Source of the DNA: Candidatus Bathyarchaeia archaeon | GTDB lineage: Archaea > Thermoproteota > Bathyarchaeia > Bathyarchaeales > Bathycorpusculaceae | Assembly: GCA_050015395.1 (NCBI GenBank) | Contig: JBEKBM010000006.1 | Span: 32,001 to 96,000, forward strand | DNA length: 64,000 nucleotides | Direction of reading: 5' to 3' | Part shown: positions 30,843 through 40,197 of the stretch, piece by piece | Layout: the number at the start of each line of letters is the position of its first letter | How positions within the stretch are numbered: the first letter of the stretch is position 1 | Notes under the pieces: model-generated | Told to the model about the DNA's origin: nothing | What the model saw: only the letters and a program-made list of their open reading frames with translations | Database searches by the model: none | Made by a program: the position numbers and the translations under genes

Positions 30843-31724
30843 CTATTTTTGCGCCTTAAGTTCTTGGCTTATCAGCGGCGCTAACGAAACCTTGCTTACG
30901 CTGCCGGGTACGCTGTCGGTTCCCACAATTTCCTCCACGCCCGCGTCAAGTATGCGTTTTTCTGCATCGCCAATTAGCAAGCCATGCACGCAAGCGCAGA
31001 AAACATGTTTGGCGCCCTGTTCGCGGAGGATTTTTGCTGCTCCCACAATTGTGCCGCCTGTGCTAATTATGTCGTCAAAAATGATTACGGTTTGGCCTTT
31101 AACGTTTAAGCCTTCAGCGGTCTGCTTGGTTTGTCCAGTGTAGCGGTCACGCTGCTTATCCAAACTTCCAGCATCGCCGCCTAAAACCTCCTGCGCCTGC
31201 TTCGCAATATACATCGCGCCCTTGTCAGGCGACAATGCAAACGCGCCTTTGAAGCCCTTGTCCACGAAATACTGTGCCAGAAGCGGTATGGCACTCACTG
31301 TTTTGGCTGGAAACGGAAACTGCTTAAGCGCCTCCTCCGAGTGAATATTAACGGTTAAGAGCTCGTCGATTCCAGCAGCCTTCAGCATCCGCGCCACAGT
31401 TTCAACGCTTATGCCTTCGCCCGATAGAAACATCTTGTCCTGACGTGCATAAGCCAAGTAAGGCACAACCGCCGTGACTTTGACGGCGCCGCCTCGTTTT
31501 GCCGCGTCAGCCATGAATGCTAACTGAAAAAGCCTCCCATCCTGCATTGGAGGACACGTAGTCTGCACAATAGCCGCACTTTCGCCTTGAACGCTGCCTT
31601 CCAAACGCACATACGATTCCCCGTCAGGAAAAACCTTGGAAGCAACAGGAACATTCCCAAAGCCAGTTAACGCTGAAACCGCTTCAGCAAGCTCCTTCGA
31701 CGCTGGACCAGAGATAACCTTCAA
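30843..31724 (-). CDS. prs: Ribose-phosphate pyrophosphokinase
   Basis: FPDGESYVR, PYLAYARQDK, SPDKGA, DDIISTGGT. Confidence 0.97.
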   Translation of the reverse strand: MKVISGPASKELAEAVSALTGFGNVPVASKVFPDGESYVRLEGSVQGESAAIVQTTCPPMQDGRLFQLAFMADAAKRGGAVKVTAVVPYLAYARQDKMFLSGEGISVETVARMLKAAGIDELLTVNIHSEEALKQFPFPAKTVSAIPLLAQYFVDKGFKGAFALSPDKGAMYIAKQAQEVLGGDAGSLDKQRDRYTGQTKQTAEGLNVKGQTVIIFDDIISTGGTIVGAAKILREQGAKHVFCACVHGLLIGDAEKRILDAGVEEIVGTDSVPGSVSKVSLAPLISQELKAQK

Positions 31725-31830
31725 TTATGATTCCTCTTGCCTTTAAAATGCAAGTTCAGGTTTTAAGGCTTTATCTATCAAACGCCTTTTCCGATTAAAA
31801 CGCCTTATGATTCTTTACCTGTCTAACAGA

Positions 31831-32121
31831 TTATTTTGTGTATGCCTTCTTCCTTGCTTTTATGTCAGTAACATAAATTGTGTTATCCGATTTATTGACA
31901 AAAAATATTATTCTATACTTGCCGATTCTTAGCCTAAAAGTCTTTTCAACTCCGTGGATTTTCTCAGTGTCCATTTCTCTTAGGCTTAAAGGGTAATCTT
32001 GCAGCTTTGCAATGTGGTCTTTGACGGTTTTCTTGAGTGCTTGGTCTGTTAGGTCGTTTAAGAACTTGTGTACTTTTCGATGCGCCACTATTTTGTATTT
32101 AGGCACTCTCAAGTTCCTCAA
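31831..32121 (-). CDS. relE: RelE/ParE-family toxin
   Basis: FRLRIGKYRIIF...IYVTDIKARKKAY; overlaps the upstream antitoxin. Confidence 0.9.
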   Translation of the reverse strand: MRNLRVPKYKIVAHRKVHKFLNDLTDQALKKTVKDHIAKLQDYPLSLREMDTEKIHGVEKTFRLRIGKYRIIFFVNKSDNTIYVTDIKARKKAYTK

Positions 32122-32311
32122 GCGTTACGCAATTGCCTTTTTTCATCTCTTGGATTGAGCGTTTGATTTCCTCTTTTTCCTCTTTGCTTACAGTTACCTC
32201 AGGAAGCCCTCTTACGATAACTTCCTCGATTGCATCTTCAATAAGGCTCAATCTTTTATTCACTCGTTTGACTTCATCGTAAATCATTTCAAGCGTAACC
32301 TGAGTACCCAC
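32099..32311 (-). CDS. Cognate antitoxin of the RelE toxin
   Basis: 70 aa acidic ORF ending EIKRSIQEMKKGNCVTLEEL, overlapping the toxin start. Confidence 0.85.
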   Translation of the reverse strand: MGTQVTLEMIYDEVKRVNKRLSLIEDAIEEVIVRGLPEVTVSKEEKEEIKRSIQEMKKGNCVTLEELESA

Positions 32312-32593
32312 TTTCCTTCCCTCAATAAAGACTCATCTAAGCCGCTTATATTTTTTTCATTATTATTTACTAAAAATATGGCCATAACTTTGAAAGAAAG
32401 GCTTGCATGAGTGAATAGTGTCCAGATAAAATCCTTAATTTTATTGCTGCTGTTAGCGTTTGTTTCACGTTTGTTTTGGCAAACAGCGCTTGTTTTCGGC
32501 TCTTCTTTAACGTCACGCATATACATTGTTACTCGTCACGCACCTCCATAGTTATACGTCAACGAGGCAATAAAGTCATGTTTGCTCAGCATC

Positions 32594-32732
32594 TTTTGTA
32601 TTAGGTCCCTTGAGTTCGTCAAGTGTTACGCAATTGCCTTTCTTCATCTCTCGGACTGAGCGTCTAATTTCTTCTTTTTCCTATTTGCTTACAGTTACCT
32701 CAGGAAACTTTTTCACAATAATTCCTCAATTA
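32594..32732 (-). pseudogene. Decayed duplicate of the RelE antitoxin 3' part
   Basis: About 140 bp roughly 80% identical to 32091-32231; PEVTVSK*EKEEIRRSVREMKKGNCVTLDEL with in-frame TAG and a frameshift. Confidence 0.85.
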
Positions 32733-32736
32733 GCAG

Positions 32737-32904
32737 TTACAGTTTTGCTTTAACTTCCAGATAACCCTCAATCGCTTCCTTGATGTTGCTTAAGGCTTCT
32801 TCTCTGGTCTTGCCTTGGCTTGCAACTGGAAGCTCCAAACACTTGACTACGAAACCGCCTTCTTCGGCAGGTTCAAGTAAAACGGTGAATTTATGAGCAA
32901 CCAT
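32737..32904 (-). CDS. hicB: HicB-family antitoxin (55 aa, orphan, possibly truncated)
   Basis: Manual translation MVAHKFTVLLEPAEEGGFVVKCLELPVASQGKTREEALSNIKEAIEGYLEVKAKL. Confidence 0.85.
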   Translation of the reverse strand: MVAHKFTVLLEPAEEGGFVVKCLELPVASQGKTREEALSNIKEAIEGYLEVKAKL

Positions 32905-33019
32905 TAAGCAATCCCAACATCTACTTTACTTTCTAGCTTGGATATGAATATGTCTAAATTAGCGCATTACCGTTTGCATAACAGTTTTAAGCTTAACTCA
33001 ATTTTCCATTAGAAAAGGA

Positions 33020-33814
33020 TTGAATTGTATGGATACTTGGCGTTTACTGCCGCTTCAAACCAATAATGCGTTTATGAACATGGCAATCGACGAGGCAATT
33101 CTGACTGCAAGAAAAGCGGGTAAAGTTCCTAACACTCTGCGTTTTTATCGTTGGCAACCATCCGCCGTTAGCATTGGCAAAAACCAGAACCCTGAAGCTG
33201 AGGTTTACCTTGATGCTTGCAAACGGTTGGGTGTTAATGTGGTTAGGCGTATTAGTGGCGGCGGCACCGTTTACCATGATTATGAGGGCGAAGTCACCTA
33301 CAGCGTAACCGCTAAAACCGCAGACATGGGCACTGCAGACATCACTACTGTTTACGTCAAGATTTATGATGCGATAAAGGATGCGCTTAGGCTTTTGGGA
33401 ATAACTGCCGACTTCAGCAGCGGCGACGCAAAAAACTGCCCGAACCTGACCGTTAATGGCAAAAAAATCTCAGGCAGCAGCCAAACCATAACCCGCGGCG
33501 TCGTGCTCCAACATGGCACACTATTGCGAAGTGTTGATTTGCCAAAAATGTTTATGCTTCTAAAACTAAAAAACGCCAGTTGCACTCAAGCCGCTGACAT
33601 TGCAAAGCGTAAAATTACCAGCATACAAAACGAGTTAGGCCACGCTGTTATACCTGAAACAGTTGCCAATGCGCTGGCTCAGGGTTTTAGGGCGATGTTG
33701 AAGATTCAGCTTGAGCCTGGCGAGTTAACGCCTTACGAAGTGGAGCTTACAAATAAGCTCTGTAAAGAAAAGTACGCTACTAATGTATGGAATTTTGAGG
33801 GCAAAACCGTTTAA
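33020..33814 (+). CDS. lplA: Lipoate-protein ligase A catalytic domain
   Basis: NMAIDEA, LRFYRW, VSIGKNQ, RRISGGGTVYHD, KKISGS, QHGTLL. Confidence 0.93.
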   Translation: MNCMDTWRLLPLQTNNAFMNMAIDEAILTARKAGKVPNTLRFYRWQPSAVSIGKNQNPEAEVYLDACKRLGVNVVRRISGGGTVYHDYEGEVTYSVTAKTADMGTADITTVYVKIYDAIKDALRLLGITADFSSGDAKNCPNLTVNGKKISGSSQTITRGVVLQHGTLLRSVDLPKMFMLLKLKNASCTQAADIAKRKITSIQNELGHAVIPETVANALAQGFRAMLKIQLEPGELTPYEVELTNKLCKEKYATNVWNFEGKTV

Positions 33815-35226
33815 GCTTTTTCTTTATGCCACCTTACGCCTTGTGCTGTATCCTCAAGCACGATGCCCATTGCCTTAAGCTGCGCTCTTATGGCGTCGGC
33901 TTCTTTCCAGTTCTTGGCTTTTCGGGCTTCCTCACGCTTCTGCACTAACGCGTCAATGTCAGCGGGCAGGGCTTCTTCCACTTCCACTTTGCCAATAACA
34001 CCTAAGACCTCGTCTATCCGCATCATCAAACCGCCAACCTCTGCCGCTTCCGATTTGCTTACCATGCCTGCATCAAGCAGGTTGTTGACTTCCCGCACAA
34101 AATCAAAAAGTGACGCCAATGCTATACCGATATCCAAGTCATCATCCAGTGAACTGCCAAAGCCTGCCTCAAGCTTTGCAGTTAAAACGGCGACTTTCCC
34201 TTTGCTCTCCTTGCCCTCCGCGTCATGTAAGCGCCGAACAAAATTTCTAAGCCTATCCACTGCGCCTTTCGCGGATTCTAAGCCTTCAAAAGTGAAGTTG
34301 AACTGCTGCCGATAATGCGTAGACATTAGCAAGTACCTGATTGCAATCGGATCATACCCCTTAGCAAGCAGATCGCGGAGCGTGTAAAAGTTGCCAAAGC
34401 GCTTAGCCATTTTTTTGCCTTCAACAAGCAAATACTCATTATGCAACCAGCAATTCACAAACTTCTTGCCCGTCGCAGCCTCGCTCTGCGCAATCTCGTT
34501 CTCATGATGCGGAAACATGTTGTCTACTCCACCACAATGAATGTCGAAGGTTTCTCCTAGGTACTTCATGGACATTGCACTGCATTCGATGTGCCAGCCG
34601 GGTCTGCCTTTGCCAAGCTCCGTCTCCCAAAACACGTCGCCGTCTTCCGGCGTCCAAGCTTTCCATAGGGCAAAGTCTTGTGCTTCTTCTTTGGCGTATT
34701 CGTCTTGGCTTACTCTTGCGCCCGCCTTGAGATCGGCAGGTTTGATTTTTGAGAGTTTGCCGTAATCTGGGAACTTACTGATAGCGTAGTAGATTGAGCC
34801 GTCTTCGCCTCGGTAAGCGTAGCCTTTAGCCATCAAGGTTTTGATTAAAGCAACCATCTCGGGAATATGCTCGGTGGCTCGGGGGTAAACGTCCGCGGGT
34901 TGGATGTTTAAGGCTTTGATGTCTTCAAAGAACGCTTTCACGTAAAAGTCGGTGAACTGCTTAAGCGGCACCTGCTGCTTCTGGCTTCCCTTGATGGTTT
35001 TATCATCGATGTCCGTTAGGTTCATGACATGCGTGACATTGAAGCCTCGGTGCACAAGCCAACGCTTCAGCAAATCCTCAAACAAAAAGGCCCTGAAATT
35101 TCCAATATGAGCATAATCATAAACCGTGGGGCCACACGTGTACATTTTCACTTTGCCCGATTCCAACGGCTTAAAAACTTCTTTCTTGCGCGTTAGCGTG
35201 TTAAAAAAACAAATGCTCGATTGCGT
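33811..35226 (-). CDS. cysS: Cysteine--tRNA ligase; conserved frame extends 20 codons upstream of the tracked TTG to an ACG
   Basis: [29 protein letters not shown]; upstream in-frame [18 protein letters not shown] is the standard CysRS N-terminus. Confidence 0.95.
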   Translation of the reverse strand, partial: TQSSICFFNTLTRKKEVFKPLESGKVKMYTCGPTVYDYAHIGNFRAFLFEDLLKRWLVHRGFNVTHVMNLTDIDDKTIKGSQKQQVPLKQFTDFYVKAFFEDIKALNIQPADVYPRATEHIPEMVALIKTLMAKGYAYRGEDGSIYYAISKFPDYGKLSKIKPADLKAGARVSQDEYAKEEAQDFALWKAWTPEDGDVFWETELGKGRPGWHIECSAMSMKYLGETFDIHCGGVDNMFPHHENEIAQSEAATGKKFVNCWLHNEYLLVEGKKMAKRFGNFYTLRDLLAKGYDPIAIRYLLMSTHYRQQFNFTFEGLESAKGAVDRLRNFVRRLHDAEGKESKGKVAVLTAKLEAGFGSSLDDDLDIGIALASLFDFVREVNNLLDAGMVSKSEAAEVGGLMMRIDEVLGVIGKVEVEEALPADIDALVQKREEARKAKNWKEADAIRAQLKAMGIVLEDTAQGVRWHKEKA

Positions 35227-35230
35227 ATTA

Positions 35231-35320
35231 TTATTTCTCCTTTAAAAGTTTAACTTTGAAGCCTTCCTGTTCCAAAATTTTAATTAAACGATTAGAATTT
35301 ATCGGCGAAATCTTAGGCAA
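35231..35320 (-). pseudogene. hicA: Truncated HicA toxin (N-terminal 29 aa only)
   Basis: TTG overlapping the hicB end: MPKISPINSNRLIKILEQEGFKVKLLKEK*, stopping before the catalytic GSH motif. Confidence 0.75.
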
Positions 35321-35537
35321 GAGCTTTCACTTTTTGTATGCCAACGACTTTTTCTTTTAGCAGATCTTTCTTCTCTTGCGCAGTTAAGGTTTCCCAGTAA
35401 AGATCTATAGCTTCTTTCGCGTTTTCCATAACTTCCGCCAATATGTCTCCCTGCGTATGGCATCCTGGCAAAGCAGGCACTATAGCGACATAGCCGCCTG
35501 TTTCGTCTTCTAGAAGTACTACATCGAAATCTCGCAT
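35313..35537 (-). CDS. hicB: HicB-family antitoxin
   Basis: FDVVLLEDETGGYVAIVPALPGCHTQGD..EVMENAKEAIDLY. Confidence 0.92.
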   Translation of the reverse strand: MRDFDVVLLEDETGGYVAIVPALPGCHTQGDILAEVMENAKEAIDLYWETLTAQEKKDLLKEKVVGIQKVKALA

Positions 35538-35596
35538 ACAATTCCCAACATGCTAAAGAGATGAGGGCACATATAAAAATTCTGATAACGTTAGTT

Positions 35597-36880
35597 TCAA
35601 ACAAGGACGCCCTTCAGATAAGTAGCCGAAGCCTCAACAACCTCAACTGTAATCGTTTTGCCCAGCAGGTTATCTGTACTTTTTATAGCGACGGGTTTGT
35701 AAGCAAAATTGCGTCCCACCCATGAACCTTCAACTTTGCCTTTCTCATCAACAAGCACTTCGCCAACCCAACCGACCCAACGCTGATTCCGCTCAAAAGA
35801 AACCTGCTTAGCCAACTGAGCTGCAACAGTGCTTCTGCGCTTAATTTCCTCTCGTTCAACCAAACCATCCTGGATTTGTGCTGCTGAAGTTTTGGGTCTG
35901 GCAAAAAACTTTGAAACATTAACAATATCAGGCTTAACTTCCTCTAAGAGCTTAAGCGTCTTCTCAAAAGCCTCGGCTGTTTCGCCTGGAAAACCCACAA
36001 TGACATCTGTAGCAAGCGTTAAGTCGGGAAACTCTGCCCTAAACGCCTCCACAATGCCCTTGAATTGCTCAGCGGTGTAAAATCTTCGCATACGCTTCAA
36101 CGTCTCGTCATCGCCGCTTTGTACTGGTAAATGCAAAAACTTGAACACTTTATCACTCCTAAAAGCCTCAACAAGGCGGTTTTTCATGTCAGTGACCATG
36201 TTCGGCGTCATCATGCCAACACGAACCTTAAAATCACCAGCTAAACCATCAAGCGCTTCCAGCAACTCCGCAAGGTTACTGCCTAAATCTCTTCCATAGC
36301 AAGCTGTATCCTGCGAAGTTATCCAAAACTCCCTGGCGCCAGCAGCAAAATCGCTTTGCACACGCTCAGCAACTTCCTTTATGCTGTAGCTTCGCAGGTG
36401 ACCACGCGCAAAAACAACACAACAGTACGCACAAGAACCCAAACAACCATAATTCACGGGGACGACGCTTACGACGGGATTAGACTTAACTCTTGGAAGA
36501 TCAAGCTTTGGCTTAGCGTCCAAACCACCCAATTCCACAACTTTCTCGCCATCCAAAACACGGGAAACCACATCCACAATTCCTTTGCCGACCGCTGGAC
36601 CCACAACGCCATCAAAGCGAGCTTCACGCATCAACCGCTCAAAACTAATCATGGGCAAACAACCTGCAACAATAAGCTTCTTGCCCTTTGGTGCACGCTT
36701 CAAAGCGTCAATAATGCGGTTCTCCGTTGGACCCTTCACAGCGCAGGTATTGTAGATTAGCACGTCAGCTTCAGCTTCCGATGCCGCCAGTTGAAAGCCA
36801 GCTTGCGCTAGGCAACCTGCCAAAACCTCGCTATCAGCCATATTCGCCGAACAGCCAAAGCTTCTAACGAAAACCTGCAA
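35597..36880 (-). CDS. mtaB: tRNA t6A37 methylthiotransferase (archaeal MtaB/CDKAL1 type)
   Basis: FGCSAN, NTCAVK, AGCL, GCLGSCAYC, HLPVQSG, DVIVGFPGET, TRAM domain. Confidence 0.92.
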   Translation of the reverse strand: MQVFVRSFGCSANMADSEVLAGCLAQAGFQLAASEAEADVLIYNTCAVKGPTENRIIDALKRAPKGKKLIVAGCLPMISFERLMREARFDGVVGPAVGKGIVDVVSRVLDGEKVVELGGLDAKPKLDLPRVKSNPVVSVVPVNYGCLGSCAYCCVVFARGHLRSYSIKEVAERVQSDFAAGAREFWITSQDTACYGRDLGSNLAELLEALDGLAGDFKVRVGMMTPNMVTDMKNRLVEAFRSDKVFKFLHLPVQSGDDETLKRMRRFYTAEQFKGIVEAFRAEFPDLTLATDVIVGFPGETAEAFEKTLKLLEEVKPDIVNVSKFFARPKTSAAQIQDGLVEREEIKRRSTVAAQLAKQVSFERNQRWVGWVGEVLVDEKGKVEGSWVGRNFAYKPVAIKSTDNLLGKTITVEVVEASATYLKGVLV

Positions 36881-36981
36881 GGGTCATGTATCACCAGCAC
36901 GTAAGAAGCTTCAACAAGAGATAAAAACATAAATGTTTCTTAACAAAAATTGACAGAAACCTGCAACCTAATCCATTAAAA

Positions 36982-37015
36982 GCTTATAAGCACAGGAACG
37001 AACATGTTATAAGCA
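36982..37015 (+). promoter_or_regulatory. Tandem TTATAAGCA boxes upstream of the RHH gene (TATA and/or operator)
   Basis: TTATAAGCA at 36984 and 37007; the first lies within palindrome GCTTATAAGC. Confidence 0.4.
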
Positions 37016-37097
37016 TATTTAAGGCATGATATATAGAACTATAGCCAACGACCCATTGCTTGTTTTATTAACTCACTAATTGGGAGAGATAACTAAA

Positions 37098-37253
37098 ATG
37101 AAATTGATCACTCTGTATCTGCCTGAAACGTATATAAAAGCTTTGGACCAGTTGGTAGACGAGAGATTCTATCCTAACCGTGCCGAAGCCATCAGGGTCG
37201 CAATTCGAGACTTAATCAGTGCTGAGGTATGGAGGCGTAAGGGCGTTGACTAA
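37098..37253 (+). CDS. Ribbon-helix-helix regulator, CdrS/aCcr1-like (51 aa)
   Basis: Manual translation, not in ORF track: MKLITLYLPETYIKALDQLVDERFYPNRAEAIRVAIRDLISAEVWRRKGVD. Confidence 0.88.
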   Translation: MKLITLYLPETYIKALDQLVDERFYPNRAEAIRVAIRDLISAEVWRRKGVD

Positions 37254-37533
37254 GCATTTACATGACGAAGCACTAAAGCCACTGGGCATTGATGATGCGA
37301 AGGTTGAGGTTGCTCCAAAAATCATTGACAACTCAATGGTAATTGGCGGTCCACACATAGTCCGTAAACCAAAAAACAAAATGAACGTCAGGATGGTTAA
37401 AAATAAAGTGCCCCTTAAAAGAACAAGCAGACTGGAGAAAGCTACACAGTGCCTCTATGACTTAGAAGAAGCCCATGAACCTGAAAAACCCTTAAACATC
37501 GACCTCGGCCTCTACCAAATGGAAGATTACTAA
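37246..37533 (+). CDS. 95-aa protein resembling only the C-terminus of archaeal FtsZ
   Basis: TTG overlapping the RHH stop, GGAGG SD at 37231; DNSMVIGGPHI...MNVRMV and tail LYDLEEAHEPEKPLNIDLGLYQMEDY. Confidence 0.6.
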   Translation: MTKHLHDEALKPLGIDDAKVEVAPKIIDNSMVIGGPHIVRKPKNKMNVRMVKNKVPLKRTSRLEKATQCLYDLEEAHEPEKPLNIDLGLYQMEDY

Positions 37534-37622
37534 CCATCAATTCCTTCCTTGTTTTTGCCCTCAACTTTTATGTAAACAATATTTAGAAAAAGCTATTATT
37601 CATAAAAAACCGCTTTATCGGC

Positions 37623-38333
37623 ATGAACAATATCCTTGCTCAAATAAGAGAAGAACTAAAAGCTAACACAGACCCGCAAACACAAAGAAGTTTTCAGCGC
37701 TTCTTTAAAGAACAAGTAAAATTCTACGGGGTTAAAACTGAAGTTGTTGGCAAAATAGCCAAAAAATACTGGAAACAACTAAAAACTCTGGACAAGCAAA
37801 CAATTTTCAAGTTATGCGAAGAGCTTTTCCGTTCAGACTACACTGAAGAAGCGTTCATAGTTTCCTTCTGGCTGCCCAACTACATTGAGCACCTTGAACC
37901 AAGCGATTTGGCAACATTCAAGATGTGGATTGAACGGTACATTAATAATTGGGCTAAATGTGACGGCTTCTGCAACCACACCATCGGCGACTTAATCCAG
38001 AAGTACCCCGAAAGCTTAAGCGAAGTGAAAAGCTGGGCTACAAGCGGTAATCGTTGGCTTAAACGGGCTGCGGCTGTGTCGCTTATTGTTCCAGCGAAAA
38101 AAGGCGATTTCAAGCAAGAAGCCTTCGAGATATGTGACCTGCTGTTGGACGATGAAGACGATATGGTGCAGAAAGGTTATGGGTGGCTGCTTAAAGAGGA
38201 AAGCCGAAAGCACCAAAAAGAAGTTTTCGACTACGTCTTTAAAAACAAGAAGATTATGCCTAGAACAGCTTTAAGGTATGCTATTGAATTGATGCCTAAA
38301 GAGTTCAAGGTACAGGCAATGAAGAAGGATTGA
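37623..38333 (+). CDS. DNA alkylation repair protein (AlkD-like HEAT repeat)
   Basis: RFFKE..FYGVKT, INNWAKCD, NRWLKRAA, DMVQKGYGWLLKE, MPRTALRYAIE. Confidence 0.9.
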   Translation: MNNILAQIREELKANTDPQTQRSFQRFFKEQVKFYGVKTEVVGKIAKKYWKQLKTLDKQTIFKLCEELFRSDYTEEAFIVSFWLPNYIEHLEPSDLATFKMWIERYINNWAKCDGFCNHTIGDLIQKYPESLSEVKSWATSGNRWLKRAAAVSLIVPAKKGDFKQEAFEICDLLLDDEDDMVQKGYGWLLKEESRKHQKEVFDYVFKNKKIMPRTALRYAIELMPKEFKVQAMKKD

Positions 38334-39468
38334 TTTGTTGTATGTCACTTTTCGGTGCTTCAGTTCTCCAGTCGGGGGCAGCCTTTTTCCTTAAAACAAA
38401 CACTTGGATTGAACCAATAATTATTAACACCATCCATATGTTGGAATAGAAAAAGTAGTAAACGAATAATTCGTGAAGTTTCATTTCCCTAAAACCAAGT
38501 TTTCTTGAGAAACCGTAGAAAACAGCGGCAGTTAACACAAAACTGGATAGCGAAATAATTAATATCTTAAGTAAGTTTGCGGTTGCAAGGGAAACTAGGA
38601 AAACTGGCATTAAAATGTTGAATTTTACTGACAAAAACAGTGAGAATACCAGCAGTGAATTGTACATCCAGAGGTTTGGCATTAGAACGCTTATGAAGAA
38701 AATGGCGACGGAAGGGTAAAGGAAGAATAAGCTTGGCAGAAAAACTTGAGGTTTCTTAATAAATTTTTTTCCTAAATCACGATGCCAACGTTCCAACCAC
38801 AACGCTTGACCTATTGCCCATCTTCGGCGCTGCTTAAACCATTTTCTCCATTCGGAGTAAACAACGTTTTTTACTTCAACGTCGGTGGTGTATGCGAAAC
38901 TGCTGCCTTCGAGGAAAGCTCTTGTTGCAATGTCAATGTCTTCGGCAACAACCTTGTGGAAACCGCCAACTTTCTCGAACATTTCTCGCTTAATCGCAAA
39001 CGCTGCACCGTTCACAGCAGGACACTTATGCATGTACCTTGACGATAACCAAGTGCTAATGTTAAACGTAAAATATTCATAATAAGCCATCTTGGACAAA
39101 AATGATTTCCCTTTTGAAACCTTCTTTTTTATATCAAGCACATCAGCCAGCTGCATTTCCATAATAATTTTTCTCAAAAAATCAGGATCATCACTTATTT
39201 CAACATCGGAATCAAGGAAAAGCAGCACTTTTCCCGAAGACAACTTAGCAGTGCTATTTAGTGCGTTTGCCTTCCCAATACGCTCTTTGTTAACAATGAA
39301 TTTGATGTTATCGTTCTCTAACTGTTTTATTTTTTCGGAAAAATCTTGGGTTGGCTCATCAATTGTTACAAAAATTTCTTTTGTTACGTTTTGAGAACTT
39401 AGTTTATTTAGCATGGACGCTAGCTGGTTCGATTCTTTGTAAACTGGGATGAAGATGCTGATGTCCAC
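38305..39468 (-). CDS. Membrane glycosyltransferase family 2
   Basis: IPVYKE, GKANALN, FLDSD, AEDID, QRRRW, C-terminal TM helices. Confidence 0.92.
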   Translation of the reverse strand: MDISIFIPVYKESNQLASMLNKLSSQNVTKEIFVTIDEPTQDFSEKIKQLENDNIKFIVNKERIGKANALNSTAKLSSGKVLLFLDSDVEISDDPDFLRKIIMEMQLADVLDIKKKVSKGKSFLSKMAYYEYFTFNISTWLSSRYMHKCPAVNGAAFAIKREMFEKVGGFHKVVAEDIDIATRAFLEGSSFAYTTDVEVKNVVYSEWRKWFKQRRRWAIGQALWLERWHRDLGKKFIKKPQVFLPSLFFLYPSVAIFFISVLMPNLWMYNSLLVFSLFLSVKFNILMPVFLVSLATANLLKILIISLSSFVLTAAVFYGFSRKLGFREMKLHELFVYYFFYSNIWMVLIIIGSIQVFVLRKKAAPDWRTEAPKSDIQQINPSSLPVP

Positions 39469-39666
39469 AGCCAGTCCTCAATTATTAAGCATAAATCCAA
39501 ATGTTTTATTTTCAAACGGGTTTTTAAATTATTCTAGAAAAAAGGGAGCATGCAAGGTATGGAAGGGTGAAAAAGTAGGATTTGCTCTAATTATACGCAA
39601 CGGGATCCCATACCTTGATTGCAAGAAATAAGAAGAAAATGATTTTGCATGCTTTAACGTTGCTGG

Positions 39667-40197
39667 CTACTGCATGCTAACCAGATTTTTTACCTCAGTT
39701 TTTGAAATTGGGCCAATTCTGTACAGAATCTCAGGTTCATGACCGTCGTTTTCGAAGTCTTCTTCGTTAAACAACACATTTTCTTCGCATTTGGTGTTTA
39801 GTAATTGAGCTAATTCACAGAAATTTCTTTTAGATGCTTCATTTGAAGGGTTTACGGTGCCTTCAAAATATTTTGCGCCTGTTATGCTGATTTGATGAAG
39901 AAGCATGCGTTTTTGCAAGCCGTTTCCCCGGTAATCTTTGTGAACCACTACTTCCCAGTTGAAAAAGGTGTCTGGCCTGTCTGGTGGTACATATCCTGAA
40001 GAAAAAGCGATTATTTTGTTATTCTGTTCGGTAACGACGCAGGTATCTGAGAAATCTTTAGCCAAAAGAAAATAGGTATATCGAGAATTTAACCCTACGT
40101 AAGGTCTATTCGCTACAAGCAGTTTGTACACTTCTTTTATGTCCGACAACACTATGTTTCTGATTCTAAATTTCAAGTATTCTTTAATTCTCTGCAT
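39667..40197 (-). CDS. GNAT acetyltransferase, EctA (diaminobutyrate acetyltransferase)-like
   Basis: [58 protein letters not shown] are EctA signatures. Confidence 0.85.
   Translation of the reverse strand: MQRIKEYLKFRIRNIVLSDIKEVYKLLVANRPYVGLNSRYTYFLLAKDFSDTCVVTEQNNKIIAFSSGYVPPDRPDTFFNWEVVVHKDYRGNGLQKRMLLHQISITGAKYFEGTVNPSNEASKRNFCELAQLLNTKCEENVLFNEEDFENDGHEPEILYRIGPISKTEVKNLVSMQ

Noticed and set aside
28871-30843. Zero-gap abutting of rnz, trm11 and prs
   Set aside because: Ordinary compact operon packing
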